Origin: Candidatus Omnitrophota bacterium
Lineage (GTDB): Bacteria; Omnitrophota; Gorgyraeia; Gygaellales; Profunditerraquicolaceae
Assembly: GCA_003598025.1 (NCBI GenBank)
Contig: QZKH01000003.1
Span: forward strand, 503,221-567,220
Length of the DNA stretch: 64,000 bases
Direction of reading: 5' to 3'
The notes beneath the pieces were generated by a model. The model searched no databases, had not been told where the DNA came from, and saw only the letters and a list, made by a program, of their open reading frames with translations. The position numbers and the translations under genes are program-made. Positions 42,101 through 50,011 of the stretch are shown in pieces (position 1 is the stretch's first letter; each line of letters opens with the position of its first letter).

Positions 42101-45100
42101 TCTAATACCTCAGGCTTAAGTTCAGAAAGACTCCCAATCCAGAAAACAAATTCTCTTGGATTAATAGCGACATTAGCAATCTTATCTATAGTATTATTAA
42201 GCAAACTAATAGTGGCTGGCTTTGTAAAATTAGCAGTTTTATCTAAATTATCCCAAACAGCAGTTAATCTTTGCTGTTCTTCTGGATTGGTAGTAAATCT
42301 TGCAGATAGTTCACGCCTCTTTACTATGTAGTTCTTGAGTTCTTGGTATCCGGACAAAACCTGTTTTGTTCCTGCAGCCCACGTCTGTGCCTCAAAATTA
42401 ACGCACATAGTAAGCCACCATACAAAGTCATTCTTCCTGTAAGGCTGATTGGCAAGTGTGTCAATGTCCTTTAGAATTTCCAAGATTACATCTTTTATTA
42501 AGCCGGCGCAGCTCGGTCTTTTTTCTTCTAACTTTGCCTTTAAGGAATCAATAATCCTGCCAAGATCATCTTTCTCCTGCTGGTTAGTACAGAGTTTATC
42601 AAGAGCCATTTCTTTGGCTTGCTTAAAACCAGCTAAGTCATTGAAATTATTGATTACCGCTTGAGCTCCTCCACCCCAAACACTAGCATTAAGTCCTATT
42701 AATTCGGTTAACCAATAGATAAATTCTTCTTTTGACCTGCACGTTTTGGTTAATTCCGACAGAATATTCTTAAGTAAATCTGAACTATTGCTATCTTCAA
42801 GCATACCTGGAAGATGGCGAATACTTTTTTGTGAAAGTTGGTTTTTCAGATTATCGATATCTGAGAGGAATTTCTGGCGGCTTGAATCATCCTGGGTAAA
42901 CTTAGCTGCAGCATTTTCTTTTGCTTGCTTAAAGCCAGCTTGAACAATGATTACATTTAGCGCCCCTGCCGGCCCATAGCCATTAACGCCTTTCCAGAAA
43001 TTATCATCGAATGCCTTAAGGAAATTTATATATTCAAAGAATTCTGTTAGGTTACGAGAAACTTCAGTAACCTTAGGAATAATAGTCATAAGTATATAAA
43101 CATCTGCAGTAACACCTCTTCTTTTTAATTCTTGCCGCAAGCTGTCAACTGTCTGGAACAGTTGGGATGTTTCTTGGGAATTATGGCAAAACTTTCCTGA
43201 AGCTTCCTCTTTAGCACGCACATAAGCAATTAGATTCTGTAATAGCCTAAGAAATTCTCCTGAAGACCATGACTGTTTTTCAAACTGCATAACTTCATTT
43301 ATCCAGAATAAAAATTCATCTAAATTGCGTGAGGCTTTGTTAATTTCGGCTAATGCTTTTTTGAGGATGCCGGGATAATTTAATCCGTCTCTTTCCAGTT
43401 TCTGTATAAGGCCGTTTATAGCAGCTCTGGCTCTTGCAGCTGCTTCTTGGTTAGTACCGAACTTATTTAATGATTCCTCTTGAGCACAGTCAAATTCTCT
43501 TAGATCGGTAAAGACTGCTAAAACCTGCCTTTGCCCTTGGTCTAAGATATTCTTAGGCAAACTTACAACTAAAGTTAGCCAATGCCAAAACTCATCCCTA
43601 TTTCTGGATTGCTCAGTGATTTGCGGAAGGATATCTTTAATTAAACCTACAGCATTGTTTGCGCCTTTCTGGGTAAGTTTTTCTTTTTCTCTATCAATAC
43701 CGTCAAAAATAACCTTTTGCTCCTGGGCAGTGGTGGCAAATTTTGTTGCAGCAACGCGCGATACCCTTTTATATTCTCCGATATCTCCGTAAATCCGTGT
43801 CTTCTCGGACTTCCAGTTACCGAATTTGAATAGCCGGGCAATCTTTTCTTCTTGTCCTGCTTCCATCCAAGAGCGAAAGATCTTCTCCAGGTATTCCTTG
43901 GACATGCGCGCGTATACGGGGGCCACGCTGCTTATGTCTCTATCTGAGAGCTCATCCGAAAGCAAGAGATTAACTTTTTGCAGTTTTCGGTAAGTAAGAG
44001 GGAATGTTAAGAAACGGTAGACAGTTTTTACCACACTGGTAACCTTTTCGCTTACCCAAACACCTGCGACACTTAAACCAGCACCCAGAAGTGGAGCAAC
44101 TACTATTTCCCCAATCCAAACTACATATCCTAAGGTTGCTGGCTTGTCAGACGTACCTAGCTCCCAATGATGACCGTAGGGAACGTAATATAGGAATATA
44201 CCTCCTAAGATCCAAGCAACCACGGCGCCTAACCAGGCAACCGCAGTCAAATTGTCGTCATAAGAAAGCTGCCCTATCCAGCCACGTTCTTTCTCAATCT
44301 TTAAGGATTCGCTTAATGTCTTAGCATATTCTAGGTCCTGCGGTCTTTGAGATTTAGAGATGTTTCCTGTTTGCTGCAGAATTGCATTTAATTCTTCCGT
44401 AACTGAAGAGTCTGGCTTTATTTCCTGGGCACGCTGGAATGCCCTTACCGCTTCTAACAACTGTCCCTTCTTATGCAAGGATCTGCCTAAGTTAGCCAAA
44501 ACTATCTGGTCATTTGCATCAAGCTCGAGTGAACGCTTATAGCTTTCAATGGCTTTTACATCATCGCCCTTTTCAACATAAACCACACCTAAATTATTAT
44601 AGGTGGTGCTGTTATTTGGCGTTATTTCCAGGGATTTTCTGTAAGATGTTATAGCGTCATCAAAGCGCCTCTTCTTTCTTTGGCATTCAGCTAAAAGATT
44701 GTAATCAACCGCGTTCTTGGAGTTTAGTTTTATGGCCTGATTAATTAAACTTATAGCCTCATCAATATTGCCTTTCTTAAACTCTGAATTTGCTCTCCAA
44801 TACAACCTTTCATGGGAAATCCCTTTGCCAACTTTGCCGCCAAGAATTCCGCTGACAATTGAAACCGGCCAGGCGATAAGCAGGGTTGCCAGGATCGGCC
44901 AGTCTGCCTCTTTAGGATTGGTAAAGACCTCCTGAATCTTTGGGGTCAAATTAACAAAGTAGGCATAATAGCCTGCAACTAATGAACCAACGGCCGCGGT
45001 CATACCCAAGGTTTTACCGGCCGTTGTGTTAAACCATTTGTTGAGAATTTTCTTGGTAATATAAAGAGGGGGACCGAATAATACCGTAAATACTGCAACC

Positions 45101-48100
45101 ACTCCTATGGAAAGCGGATCCAAGGCGTATAAGGTTGTTCCACCGGTCTCACCTAATTCCCTGCGCAATGAGTTAATCTGTTCTTCGTATCTTGCTTTCT
45201 CCTGCTCAAGACGGCCAAGCTTTTCTTTAACTTTCCTAAGTTTTGAAGTTAAACCGTCTACTGCCGGCTGCAAGGCTTCGATAACAATCCTATCGTTCTG
45301 TCTTTTTGCCTCTTCCAGGCCCTCACTTAATTCCCTAAGATCGGTTTGAACCTTAGCAATTGTTCCTTCCTGTTCTCTGAATTTAACCAAGAATTGGTTA
45401 TAATCATCAGTCAAGGCCTTAAGCCTTGCCCTCTTGCTTTCTGCTTCTCCCATATTAGGAGCGGGCAGCGCTCTTGCTTGCGGTGCCGGAGGCAGTTCAG
45501 AGATGCTTTCTTCTTCTGTAACGACAACCTGACCCTCTATGACATCTTCCGGCAAGTTCCTGGCTAATTCTGCCTGGATTTCTCTTCTTACATCGCCTTC
45601 GGTTACTTCTATATCTTGAGAGGCTTTTTTTGCCAGATATAAAAGCACGCGCCTGGCTATTTCAGGATTTAGGTATAATGATTTGTTTAGGGCAACTTTG
45701 GAATATCCGGTCATCATCTCAGGGAATGCCGGTATCTGCGACATACGGCGTTCTATAGTATTTATCCATTCCTGTACTAAAGGATCATTCTCAATTTGAG
45801 GATTATTGGTAAGAATCCACTTTAAATAACGAGGCAATCGCCCATATCTTTCGTTTATCTCTTCGCTAACATAAAGAGTCTGTTCTTCCGTACTTGGAGC
45901 ATGAAAGCGGATCATGTGCTGAATTTGATTTTCAATAATACGCTGGAATTCTCTTTCCAGTTCTGCTATATAGCCATCCGTTAAGAGCCGGTAAAGCGCC
46001 TCATCAGAAAGTCCTTCGTATTGATCCAGCGCTTGCTCGGTAACCCTATCTCGGGCATTGTCAATAGCCCGTTCAAAATCACGCAAAACTTTTTCATCCG
46101 TGCCATCCATCATCCGCTGCATATTTTCTAATATATGGATTACCTTATCTCTATCTGAGGTATCCTGATTAAGCATGGATAGGGGCATGGGTAAAGGCAG
46201 TTCACCAGGACCCACAGGCCTAAAGCTCCTGGCTAAAGCGTCCTTTGAGCCTTGAGCAATGGAACCGCTTAACTGCTGGATGCGGTTTTCTAACTCTTGG
46301 CGCATGGTAACGGGCAAATTATGATTCGGCTGTATACCTTGAGGGTTGCTGATTATGCTTGCCACCGGCCTTGCAACTTGAGGCCTGCTGAAAGTTGTTA
46401 CTATGGTAGGCTCAATTACAACCGGAGCCACTTCCTGAACAGGAGTCTTTCCCTTCGAAGAAATCTTCTTAATGATGCGATAGGCAAAATATCCAATTGT
46501 GCCTGCTATCGCTAAGAAAATAGTCACGCCATGGGTAAATACATCGCTAAATGAGGCGAATATCTTAGAAGACGCAGAATTATCTTGGCCTAAAGCTGTT
46601 GTAGAAAAATACAAACTTAGCGTAAAAACACTTATCGCTGTTAAGAAAGGCCGTAAATTTATCTTAATCTTGGGTATCGCAAAGCGAGGGATACTAGCTT
46701 TAATTTCAGGCTTTGCTTTTATTGCAGCGGGCTTTTCTTGCGCCGCAGGCGCAGAAAAAGTTACTGTTGGCTCCTGTTTGCCTCCTGCTATTCTCTGTTC
46801 TATGAACTTTGCTTCCTTGGCTTTTGGTTTTAAAGATGCAGCAAAGCTTGCGAATTTCTCTAACAGCGTTCCGGAATTTCCGGCTGCCTTTGGCTTAATC
46901 TCTGCTCCAGTGAGCACCGCGTTAAAAGCTTCTGCAATATCGATTCCCTGGGCTAAGAATCTTAAAAACTTCCAGGAATTTTCTTTATTATTTGTTTTTA
47001 CAGACAGCCCATAGGCTACGCAGCCTATAACTTTGCCGTATTTGTAATTCTCAAGACCTGACTTGTATTCAGCCATCAAGTCAGCTATCCCCGGCGTATC
47101 CTGCGGCCTTGCGCCTGATTTTAAAGCTGCTGCCAGTTCTTCCGCTTTATCCGCGGTGTCCTTTGCGTTGGCAGCAAGGAATTGTTCAGGATTAGTTTGC
47201 AGTTCAAGTAGCCTTAGGAAACCAACTGCGCTAGCAAGATAAGCGCCTTCACCGTCATTTATATATCTGCCGTAGCTTCTAAGGTAATGAGTGGTTTCGT
47301 GTGCGATTATTTCTTTAAGATAATCATCTGAAAGATGTTCTCTTAAGGCGACAACTATCTTTTTATATTCCGGTTCAACGGAACCGCCGTGCTGATAATC
47401 CAATGTTTGAGAGTGATATAAAGATTTGCTTGAGAAATGGTTTAGAAGCTTGCCGCCCACAGCGTAAAACAATAACGGGCCAAAGGTGCCAAGCTGGATA
47501 AATACTTTCGCTACAGATGGATCGAATGCTCCGGTAAAGAAATACCATACCACCATTTCTAATAAGCAGGCAAATCCGAAGAACGCAGGGATACCTGACA
47601 AGGCAAGCAGCATATTTCTATTTGCTGTTTTGACCCAGCCGCGTATCTCTTCCTGTGTGTATTTTCTGAAAGGAATGGTATTACTGACTATCTCATCAAC
47701 CTTATGCTGCGAGATCTCCGGGACCATCCTTCTAGAAACATAGGAAACCTCTTCTTTAATCATATTCCTTTGAGCGGCACTAAACTCAAAAGATACTATT
47801 TTGTTCTCGCTTCCTTTATCAAACGAAGAGGCAGCTAAAGGCGAATAAAGATAGAGCGCTACAGCAACTATCCCTGTGGAAATATTCTTGATATTTACTA
47901 CGCTCTTTATCTTCCCTGTCATAGATAATATAAGCTGAGCAAATCTCTCAACCAAACCAGGGCCTTGCTGGATAGTCGGGGCTTGTTTTATAGGATTCTC
48001 CTGCTTTGGTATAGTGGCAGGTACTGTTTCTTCTAGCTGGACAGGTTTATTAATAGGCGAGATTTCCTCTAAGGCGAGGCTTACTGCTTTCTGATCTTCC

Positions 48101-49809
48101 TCAGATAACTGTAATCTATCTAACTGCGTCTGGAGCTCTTTAACCGAATAATATCTGGATGCCCTGGCAATCCAGTAATTCACCAAGAGTCTCCGAGCTT
48201 CCGGATCAGAAATACTGTTTATAATCTGCAAGGTATCAGGATCATTTAAGATATCCTGAAGCGGGAGCCTCTTATCCTTAAGAAGGGCAAAGTAGGTATT
48301 TTCCTTCTCCTGGCTTGATTTGATGCTAGGCGCAACCACAACATAAGAGATATCTTTTTCTTTTAGGATTGAAGTGAGGCCTTGGGTATGGAAACCACCG
48401 GCAACTATAATGACTGAATTTGAGCTGTAATCGCGGTTTAGACGGTTTAAAGAATTGCTGACTATGGCATTATCCCTGTCGTGGGCAAGACTGTAGAATT
48501 TGTCTAATGAGGCTATCTCGCTGTCCCCGGGAAGTGAATTTACGGCAGAGGAATTTGTATATCTTCTTAAAAGACTAGCTATGGCCTTAGAATTAAAAAC
48601 CTCACGGTTACCTTTAAAGTATTCATAATCCTTAGGCGATAAGTTTATATTTGAAAGCCCTTTTATGATCCTGATTATTGAAGAAAGTTGCTCTATATCC
48701 CTTTCTGCTGAGGTAGCAGTAAGCTTATCTTTTACTGCTTCAGCGAAAGCATCAATTTCTTCAAAGACCTTGGAATTATCCAGGTTCTCAGAAACGGATA
48801 AATACTTAATATAGGTAAAGAGATTATTATAGGTGCTTACCGGAATACCTGCTTCTTTGGTTAGTTTCTCAAGGTAGGAATAATATTCAACCGGTGTGAC
48901 TTTATTTGCCTTAAAATCAAGGCTGTTTTTAACCAGCTCTTCAAGGTCTTGCTTGGAAAGCGCCTTAGTGAGTGAATCAATTAAATCCTGGCGCTCGGCT
49001 TCAGCTTTATCAAAGTTAATTTTATGCTCAAGTTCTTGGAGATTAATGATTCGGGAAAGATTAGGAAATTTTGATAAATCAACGTTTTGTATTATAGACG
49101 CTATATTAAGGTAAGAGATATATTCCTCTAAAGAGATTCTCCCCAGCCTGAAATCTTCAGTTCTGCCGGTAAATTCCCTCAAGTCCTTGGAGTAATATTT
49201 ATTTTTTAAGGTATCAATTACATCCTCAACTACCTTTAACGACCGGCCGAGCGAATCTGAAAAACTCTGGTTCTCCTTAAAGGTGTTTAAGTGGCTGGCG
49301 TAAAGCTCTCTATCCTCTGCGCCGAATACCTTCGGCGGTTCATTCTCGGTAATTAAAAGATAGTCTGTCCCTGAAATAAAGGATTTGGAGAGGAAATATT
49401 TGGCGATTTTTTCCCTTACCTTTTTGTCTTTAGGGAAAGACCTGAAAAAATCAGCGTCAAAATCCCCAAAACCGCCTTCAACTGAAACTAGATTAATTTT
49501 GTATTTGTCTTTTAGGTATTTTACGAGGCTTGCTTCATTAGTCTGCGCTTCCACATTTGCGTGGGCATCCTGGATATGGATAACCAGCTTATGCGGATTG
49601 TATTTTGAGGTATAGGATTCTTTGATTACACCGAGCTCTTGGGGGATTTCAACGGAAGGAGAATCTTGCGAGGCGCGCTTGTTCTTGTTGCTGAAGACCT
49701 CTCCTGCGCCTGCCCAGGTTAGGTCATAAGAAAAGAATGTAACTATCAAGACAATACAAATTGTCCTGATAAATATTCTTAATTTAGTATGCTTCTGCCA
49801 GTCCAACAT
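30184..49809 (-). CDS. Giant 6541-aa multi-domain membrane protein (HExxH zincin, TPR, helical repeats, duplicated Cys domain, coiled coils, M20/M28 peptidase, HAD-IIB hydrolase, HEAT)
   Basis: Uninterrupted 19.6-kb ORF; IHIQDAHAN, AHETTH, TPRs, NAHMDT/GADDKAG/AEEE, FDLDKT/DK/GDD motifs. Confidence 0.9.
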   Translation of the reverse strand: MLDWQKHTKLRIFIRTICIVLIVTFFSYDLTWAGAGEVFSNKNKRASQDSPSVEIPQELGVIKESYTSKYNPHKLVIHIQDAHANVEAQTNEASLVKYLKDKYKINLVSVEGGFGDFDADFFRSFPKDKKVREKIAKYFLSKSFISGTDYLLITENEPPKVFGAEDRELYASHLNTFKENQSFSDSLGRSLKVVEDVIDTLKNKYYSKDLREFTGRTEDFRLGRISLEEYISYLNIASIIQNVDLSKFPNLSRIINLQELEHKINFDKAEAERQDLIDSLTKALSKQDLEELVKNSLDFKANKVTPVEYYSYLEKLTKEAGIPVSTYNNLFTYIKYLSVSENLDNSKVFEEIDAFAEAVKDKLTATSAERDIEQLSSIIRIIKGLSNINLSPKDYEYFKGNREVFNSKAIASLLRRYTNSSAVNSLPGDSEIASLDKFYSLAHDRDNAIVSNSLNRLNRDYSSNSVIIVAGGFHTQGLTSILKEKDISYVVVAPSIKSSQEKENTYFALLKDKRLPLQDILNDPDTLQIINSISDPEARRLLVNYWIARASRYYSVKELQTQLDRLQLSEEDQKAVSLALEEISPINKPVQLEETVPATIPKQENPIKQAPTIQQGPGLVERFAQLILSMTGKIKSVVNIKNISTGIVAVALYLYSPLAASSFDKGSENKIVSFEFSAAQRNMIKEEVSYVSRRMVPEISQHKVDEIVSNTIPFRKYTQEEIRGWVKTANRNMLLALSGIPAFFGFACLLEMVVWYFFTGAFDPSVAKVFIQLGTFGPLLFYAVGGKLLNHFSSKSLYHSQTLDYQHGGSVEPEYKKIVVALREHLSDDYLKEIIAHETTHYLRSYGRYINDGEGAYLASAVGFLRLLELQTNPEQFLAANAKDTADKAEELAAALKSGARPQDTPGIADLMAEYKSGLENYKYGKVIGCVAYGLSVKTNNKENSWKFLRFLAQGIDIAEAFNAVLTGAEIKPKAAGNSGTLLEKFASFAASLKPKAKEAKFIEQRIAGGKQEPTVTFSAPAAQEKPAAIKAKPEIKASIPRFAIPKIKINLRPFLTAISVFTLSLYFSTTALGQDNSASSKIFASFSDVFTHGVTIFLAIAGTIGYFAYRIIKKISSKGKTPVQEVAPVVIEPTIVTTFSRPQVARPVASIISNPQGIQPNHNLPVTMRQELENRIQQLSGSIAQGSKDALARSFRPVGPGELPLPMPLSMLNQDTSDRDKVIHILENMQRMMDGTDEKVLRDFERAIDNARDRVTEQALDQYEGLSDEALYRLLTDGYIAELEREFQRIIENQIQHMIRFHAPSTEEQTLYVSEEINERYGRLPRYLKWILTNNPQIENDPLVQEWINTIERRMSQIPAFPEMMTGYSKVALNKSLYLNPEIARRVLLYLAKKASQDIEVTEGDVRREIQAELARNLPEDVIEGQVVVTEEESISELPPAPQARALPAPNMGEAESKRARLKALTDDYNQFLVKFREQEGTIAKVQTDLRELSEGLEEAKRQNDRIVIEALQPAVDGLTSKLRKVKEKLGRLEQEKARYEEQINSLRRELGETGGTTLYALDPLSIGVVAVFTVLFGPPLYITKKILNKWFNTTAGKTLGMTAAVGSLVAGYYAYFVNLTPKIQEVFTNPKEADWPILATLLIAWPVSIVSGILGGKVGKGISHERLYWRANSEFKKGNIDEAISLINQAIKLNSKNAVDYNLLAECQRKKRRFDDAITSYRKSLEITPNNSTTYNNLGVVYVEKGDDVKAIESYKRSLELDANDQIVLANLGRSLHKKGQLLEAVRAFQRAQEIKPDSSVTEELNAILQQTGNISKSQRPQDLEYAKTLSESLKIEKERGWIGQLSYDDNLTAVAWLGAVVAWILGGIFLYYVPYGHHWELGTSDKPATLGYVVWIGEIVVAPLLGAGLSVAGVWVSEKVTSVVKTVYRFLTFPLTYRKLQKVNLLLSDELSDRDISSVAPVYARMSKEYLEKIFRSWMEAGQEEKIARLFKFGNWKSEKTRIYGDIGEYKRVSRVAATKFATTAQEQKVIFDGIDREKEKLTQKGANNAVGLIKDILPQITEQSRNRDEFWHWLTLVVSLPKNILDQGQRQVLAVFTDLREFDCAQEESLNKFGTNQEAAARARAAINGLIQKLERDGLNYPGILKKALAEINKASRNLDEFLFWINEVMQFEKQSWSSGEFLRLLQNLIAYVRAKEEASGKFCHNSQETSQLFQTVDSLRQELKRRGVTADVYILMTIIPKVTEVSRNLTEFFEYINFLKAFDDNFWKGVNGYGPAGALNVIIVQAGFKQAKENAAAKFTQDDSSRQKFLSDIDNLKNQLSQKSIRHLPGMLEDSNSSDLLKNILSELTKTCRSKEEFIYWLTELIGLNASVWGGGAQAVINNFNDLAGFKQAKEMALDKLCTNQQEKDDLGRIIDSLKAKLEEKRPSCAGLIKDVILEILKDIDTLANQPYRKNDFVWWLTMCVNFEAQTWAAGTKQVLSGYQELKNYIVKRRELSARFTTNPEEQQRLTAVWDNLDKTANFTKPATISLLNNTIDKIANVAINPREFVFWIGSLSELKPEVLEVFCRDIATTFDYYKSKGKDRDFNHLPAVLNQYYKAYRQLVLITPDLLDILTDSSIDTDKRVEKAYQYIVGQKIVKLGAPSNLAGLRDAVSFDELIRAVGGEDTIRSFIQEFSPVRKAMEKMGRDGVYSYAESQKPAYYRRFLDEATGLKPGFNQPGEKFRVSCIGEIVKWSREEEAQVMPISDTVQALRQLIQYLRMEWPNLYDNFIEPKRELIKGRPLEEFVTSDTVSKMAQQLLGKVQNWQQFSEQQRAVFTLKIMEILAFSETAELRAQINSATDDFNKLRTVVQYWQRVRELILKNKWLQEKSKFYSSVSKFIEQKKSTINNKLDEKGKQILQFHLSGGTLADFFKGFVSQDCTKNTDGDYPHFLDTQAFVMDPACFLFKVIEENRWVGNIYTFAFKDKNGKFYLFLDMFQLNESHLLVTNGEGKEEIRKEFAARFVREFMNYLGSQGFDYLLISSDPAQRGIKDALRKAAREKSGQNETAVFKLKKLGGTEFFSEAGVSEEFVQTINGNSISNDFQDVSGYRIELDKTTPQVIQQRQKDLDYLEKLLGEMSSEETRLASLSKERREELTQLNRRGQEAANSGKNAVALALKEASDQKTAEAQKIEYELGELRMKIREKKDELGHIGVELGLGTGRGSSPALGVRLASFIPLGIFSSLLFANKAQAQDFSSGDWLYNPLTPLVFVAGVAGFIGLVCYIFYKLFPHKPDRDSYYETEYLPRPVLQEYKLPEDLRTQLAQVLSKISAESSELVPKNIDIRIPFEVGISRNQAVKALGLLYSSLIKHGSIIDFFKDKSFYHNFKQRAKELSLTDDFDQPQNKSYFFSVPKEKIRYEEDRRAEEFIGQYLNRIRRTQIGTADELLERIHQERSRLLRKELYKGATPTDLYTYYQLLLSYVSLQSKAKLDEVNDLLSEKNYLGALSVLEEFFRIDIGGETISLEENASLKDALNRVLQKEIEDIRWQFNRCTSFQANKQQVIREAKDIQFELRLSERTADDILRGVASGDCTSINGSAFYNTIPQFMFDPGLLVFRVIQDDKWVGNVYTIVGEKDSEPVLIVDAIQLPVWGRSWPVSVKEISDKVLEKVVEYASSQGFSQVLMSSFISNFNAIHDHFDQKYPATAQEIEKTTGFEHLKALGLWDNYAARNEYLETFSPHWNYSLKRVDPNNPRQTLLLRNIWQRNTPKETQEIQPVDSGEGTVLEKPAPAQENNPVSSPVQANSQPVKKNTPKQGHSFRNFCTGFLLAAALLLSSGCATAFNSRIGPLTIHSRTEVALSQPKPHEASLSVSGNIELGEKAKKQETAKTPEVKKAPKGVELRSQGNMRVGPLTGDISPKVGLSDVPQEEAPISLSAKASLGEKVKQNKSDTEGVELATEAKVRLGPATAQVNPKVGLSDVPEGQKPLDLSGKVSVEETGKDAVSQEKAPAREEAKPKPAQVDQAQDNAPDTQQIITQISEQIKSIQAELDKIRQTDSNLKIEVSDLKAQLAGAQKQLQQLKETQKLPEEVTQLQEKKADYERQIATLEAQQQQAQEELNRILAEKEKAAQEVKHLQSQPPRIQQKIDNLQGEVRQLETQKKQGEQNLTQLQSQKSVLENNVNQLTQDKDKLQQNLSGLRQQISEAKTVLDEAKIKSEPTLKNIWISLPWQGKLGIILLGLTGIGILAGGIILWRRWSRFKNLSDRVKGLQQQADDLERQLSSQRKEKEDLAAEIEQKKTQAADLEAGSKKQEDELKKITDELGRLREEHQRVQDELVQAKEVKNNIIEELDARIVELKSQVSQKEQESATLSSQAETITTTPRPETQTVKISDADIDKSVEFLKALPSKEMQRLLRSEKINVKDRIRFLHDELGLDIVNGHGRSLLLRNPDTLRNQKAFLEGLGLPLTVTNLASSKRGFAKKELTQIIKHPEWQELTSEEKLSVVSHLYDIYGLRISWLLRDNDWYQLLHTFNLPGEPINYTPRSIDFIQRYEWARFQKFHNVTQTKYRLSKIKEVITILDLKVINLLSTKTTPEGFELYAVKPEVLQGQIEYNKQDYPLPKTPFPIEALEGAGEKPDDVVAVEPQDAAVIPQLQTKVSSLKEEIAGLEKTIAALEEERSQKSAQAGQQIQELTQQKEKLTQEIIQLEKDLEAKRQSLSLAAAQEEEATARFKEERTNYEQAIQGLKQKIDAYQEELKVLEQQKEKARQELTALQDTSAAKAQIEALNKQLQEAEENLRKVKEETTALNAQKKQLEEDAASFQTRKDGLQKEIAALNQKMQELTQAITSLETEKDALARQETERAAQIKTTQLDQQIESLIRQKDELSQQTTALQNEIKAKQKELSLSISEAEEKARVIKEEITNLTQELTSLREEREKLKAETTGLKGVQQDVESKKQELLSLGKEKQNLQEEIRGLEAQRAALKENVDRTQQELEEARRHVQETQEATQAQAQQKQQVLSEEQKRLQEQLDAQRQDIQAQINALDEEFARKKQEHAAELSRLEQEKAGVKAELDSLVAERDKARQELDGINAAAAKLNEERERLLLVLRGLDVQRGLLQETITELKEEEAQLKKEIEVLKKAEEIKPVADTLLAKARAISKEVSSLYLHEKARSQSVDTFVSLIRQRSPTGSEEAIRQQLKDALTAMGARVVLECGPQCGSSDTPKNLVVEFPGTGRFSKEPGFIINAHMDTIPSSTPEDMNISDQIKGFYHKQDRSFGADDKAGLTVLFEALRFIKTNYWDKGADRRRIVFIITAEEETPFEGARHLGESHPELFKNVLFSLTSDGPLDYAIPDPDNSFVVVVSGQDSQKKPYSDIINTVREIAVSKGRKIELTREGLGMGDFVHFPNHANAGLHIRSPYEGNHSHEKVKVKNLIDHVDLWIGLMLKYSCGIDDIIPKAPNTSGLPKAMIFDLDKTLSRTLRTVPPEILEQLRGFLKAKIKIAIITAQSTEETKTYLIEPLRSLLKNSGDSEELLSSLYIGPSEGSQLWQFYTQGQFKAVLLDDATMGRAPFDTEAHRKELQEIIRSAIKEVVNPKGNIPVLGPILTQDPGVTFIHNRDISLTLGIKESTSADQKKELIERIKRRIPGSWQLDILVSGGGTIHIVSKGVDKAAAVGMFRNYLPQDIQPRQILIVGDDFGPSGLDRRMIIPGAKVYSVGAKHNIPEEVEFYDQGGEHGWQRTLHLLANRIKSDFAGAAKGKGMFSPDEHMDVNEVITAAQREGRGSLIWGDASGWKDNCAKYAQDIAWVISSLKRYPSVQIPRLGRVDIPEILSIANIVLIVPHNNSPPGLLVNNENAYQIAHNGLSNNSIYIDQLTYEQLYTFEVAVLLAHEAILLGAKKLAARKGIPWTEQLAKDVSRLAEEYEIKIVGKSEKGKGSRFDERIEEILDFNKPKLKQVRPIIEEPPVYEPELERPKPVTPSPQPIPQPKPQEKKPQAPNNNFSLDFPDTRDSVIEGLRKLFFDNMFRDTTNLPAKFGDFPPPMAREIKESYELGKIKGMPLDPDFLVALTVFFSRIFPNHANELIDYLRTLNIYIIDNGRSTFGATLSGNTFYIQRSCLEDLLGRPVTVEEINQGIKNRDKQILVALFRIIVHEVGSAFYKLSHPADQELERLFMGLLFKTSVTLPPGIEQEFRTINTTINLGNLPRVDWASKKARSIEQEQQIRLNDADLVMLLREVDSKLINSLYSPSREIRNNAAIALAKFGAVEALPFLRLLFEKEPDNQAVSDAIKVLEDKFNRENTEKLKIKTADPFAGALFSVNENNDLVLSNSAIQAINMLCIGYDGMTLEIDVDTLIDTSKGTPQLKGLGFREALASLYQAQEKKQIPENIRVRLINIDPALNRDKIVKILGLTDDLLKSLVTIPDIPQDYIIKSLEPYLIAGSIRIIFEDNIRYWGKKVDVLVKRGEETKTLSSLGLIVAGLAKEPKFYEQLPKELKEYIVAKTDETGKVQLDDEGKIKQLIFKPIEKSKVDTQYLDKLDKANKELEGMV

Positions 49810-49875
49810 CCTTTTAGTCTCATTTTTTCACTCTCGCAGGATTTGGACTTTGTTAAAGTGCTTAAGAACTGCTCA

Positions 49876-49925
49876 AATAAAAAGCCGAACTGATCCGACC
49901 CAAGACCTTTCGTTTCAGTCCGGCA
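49876..49925 (-). terminator. Terminator/attenuator hairpin in front of the giant gene
   Basis: GCCGGACTGA...TCAGTTCGGC-TTTTATTT on the minus strand. Confidence 0.65.
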
Positions 49926-50011
49926 CATTCCTTATTTTAAGGAATCCGTGGCAATGCCGTAACTCTTGAAAAATTGTTAAGCAGGTCCTCCTCCCGCTTA
50001 ACAAGAAAAAT

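Noticed and set aside
30191-49615. Many short plus-strand ORFs within the giant gene
   Set aside because: Antisense shadows (Ser/Phe/Leu-rich) of the long coding strand
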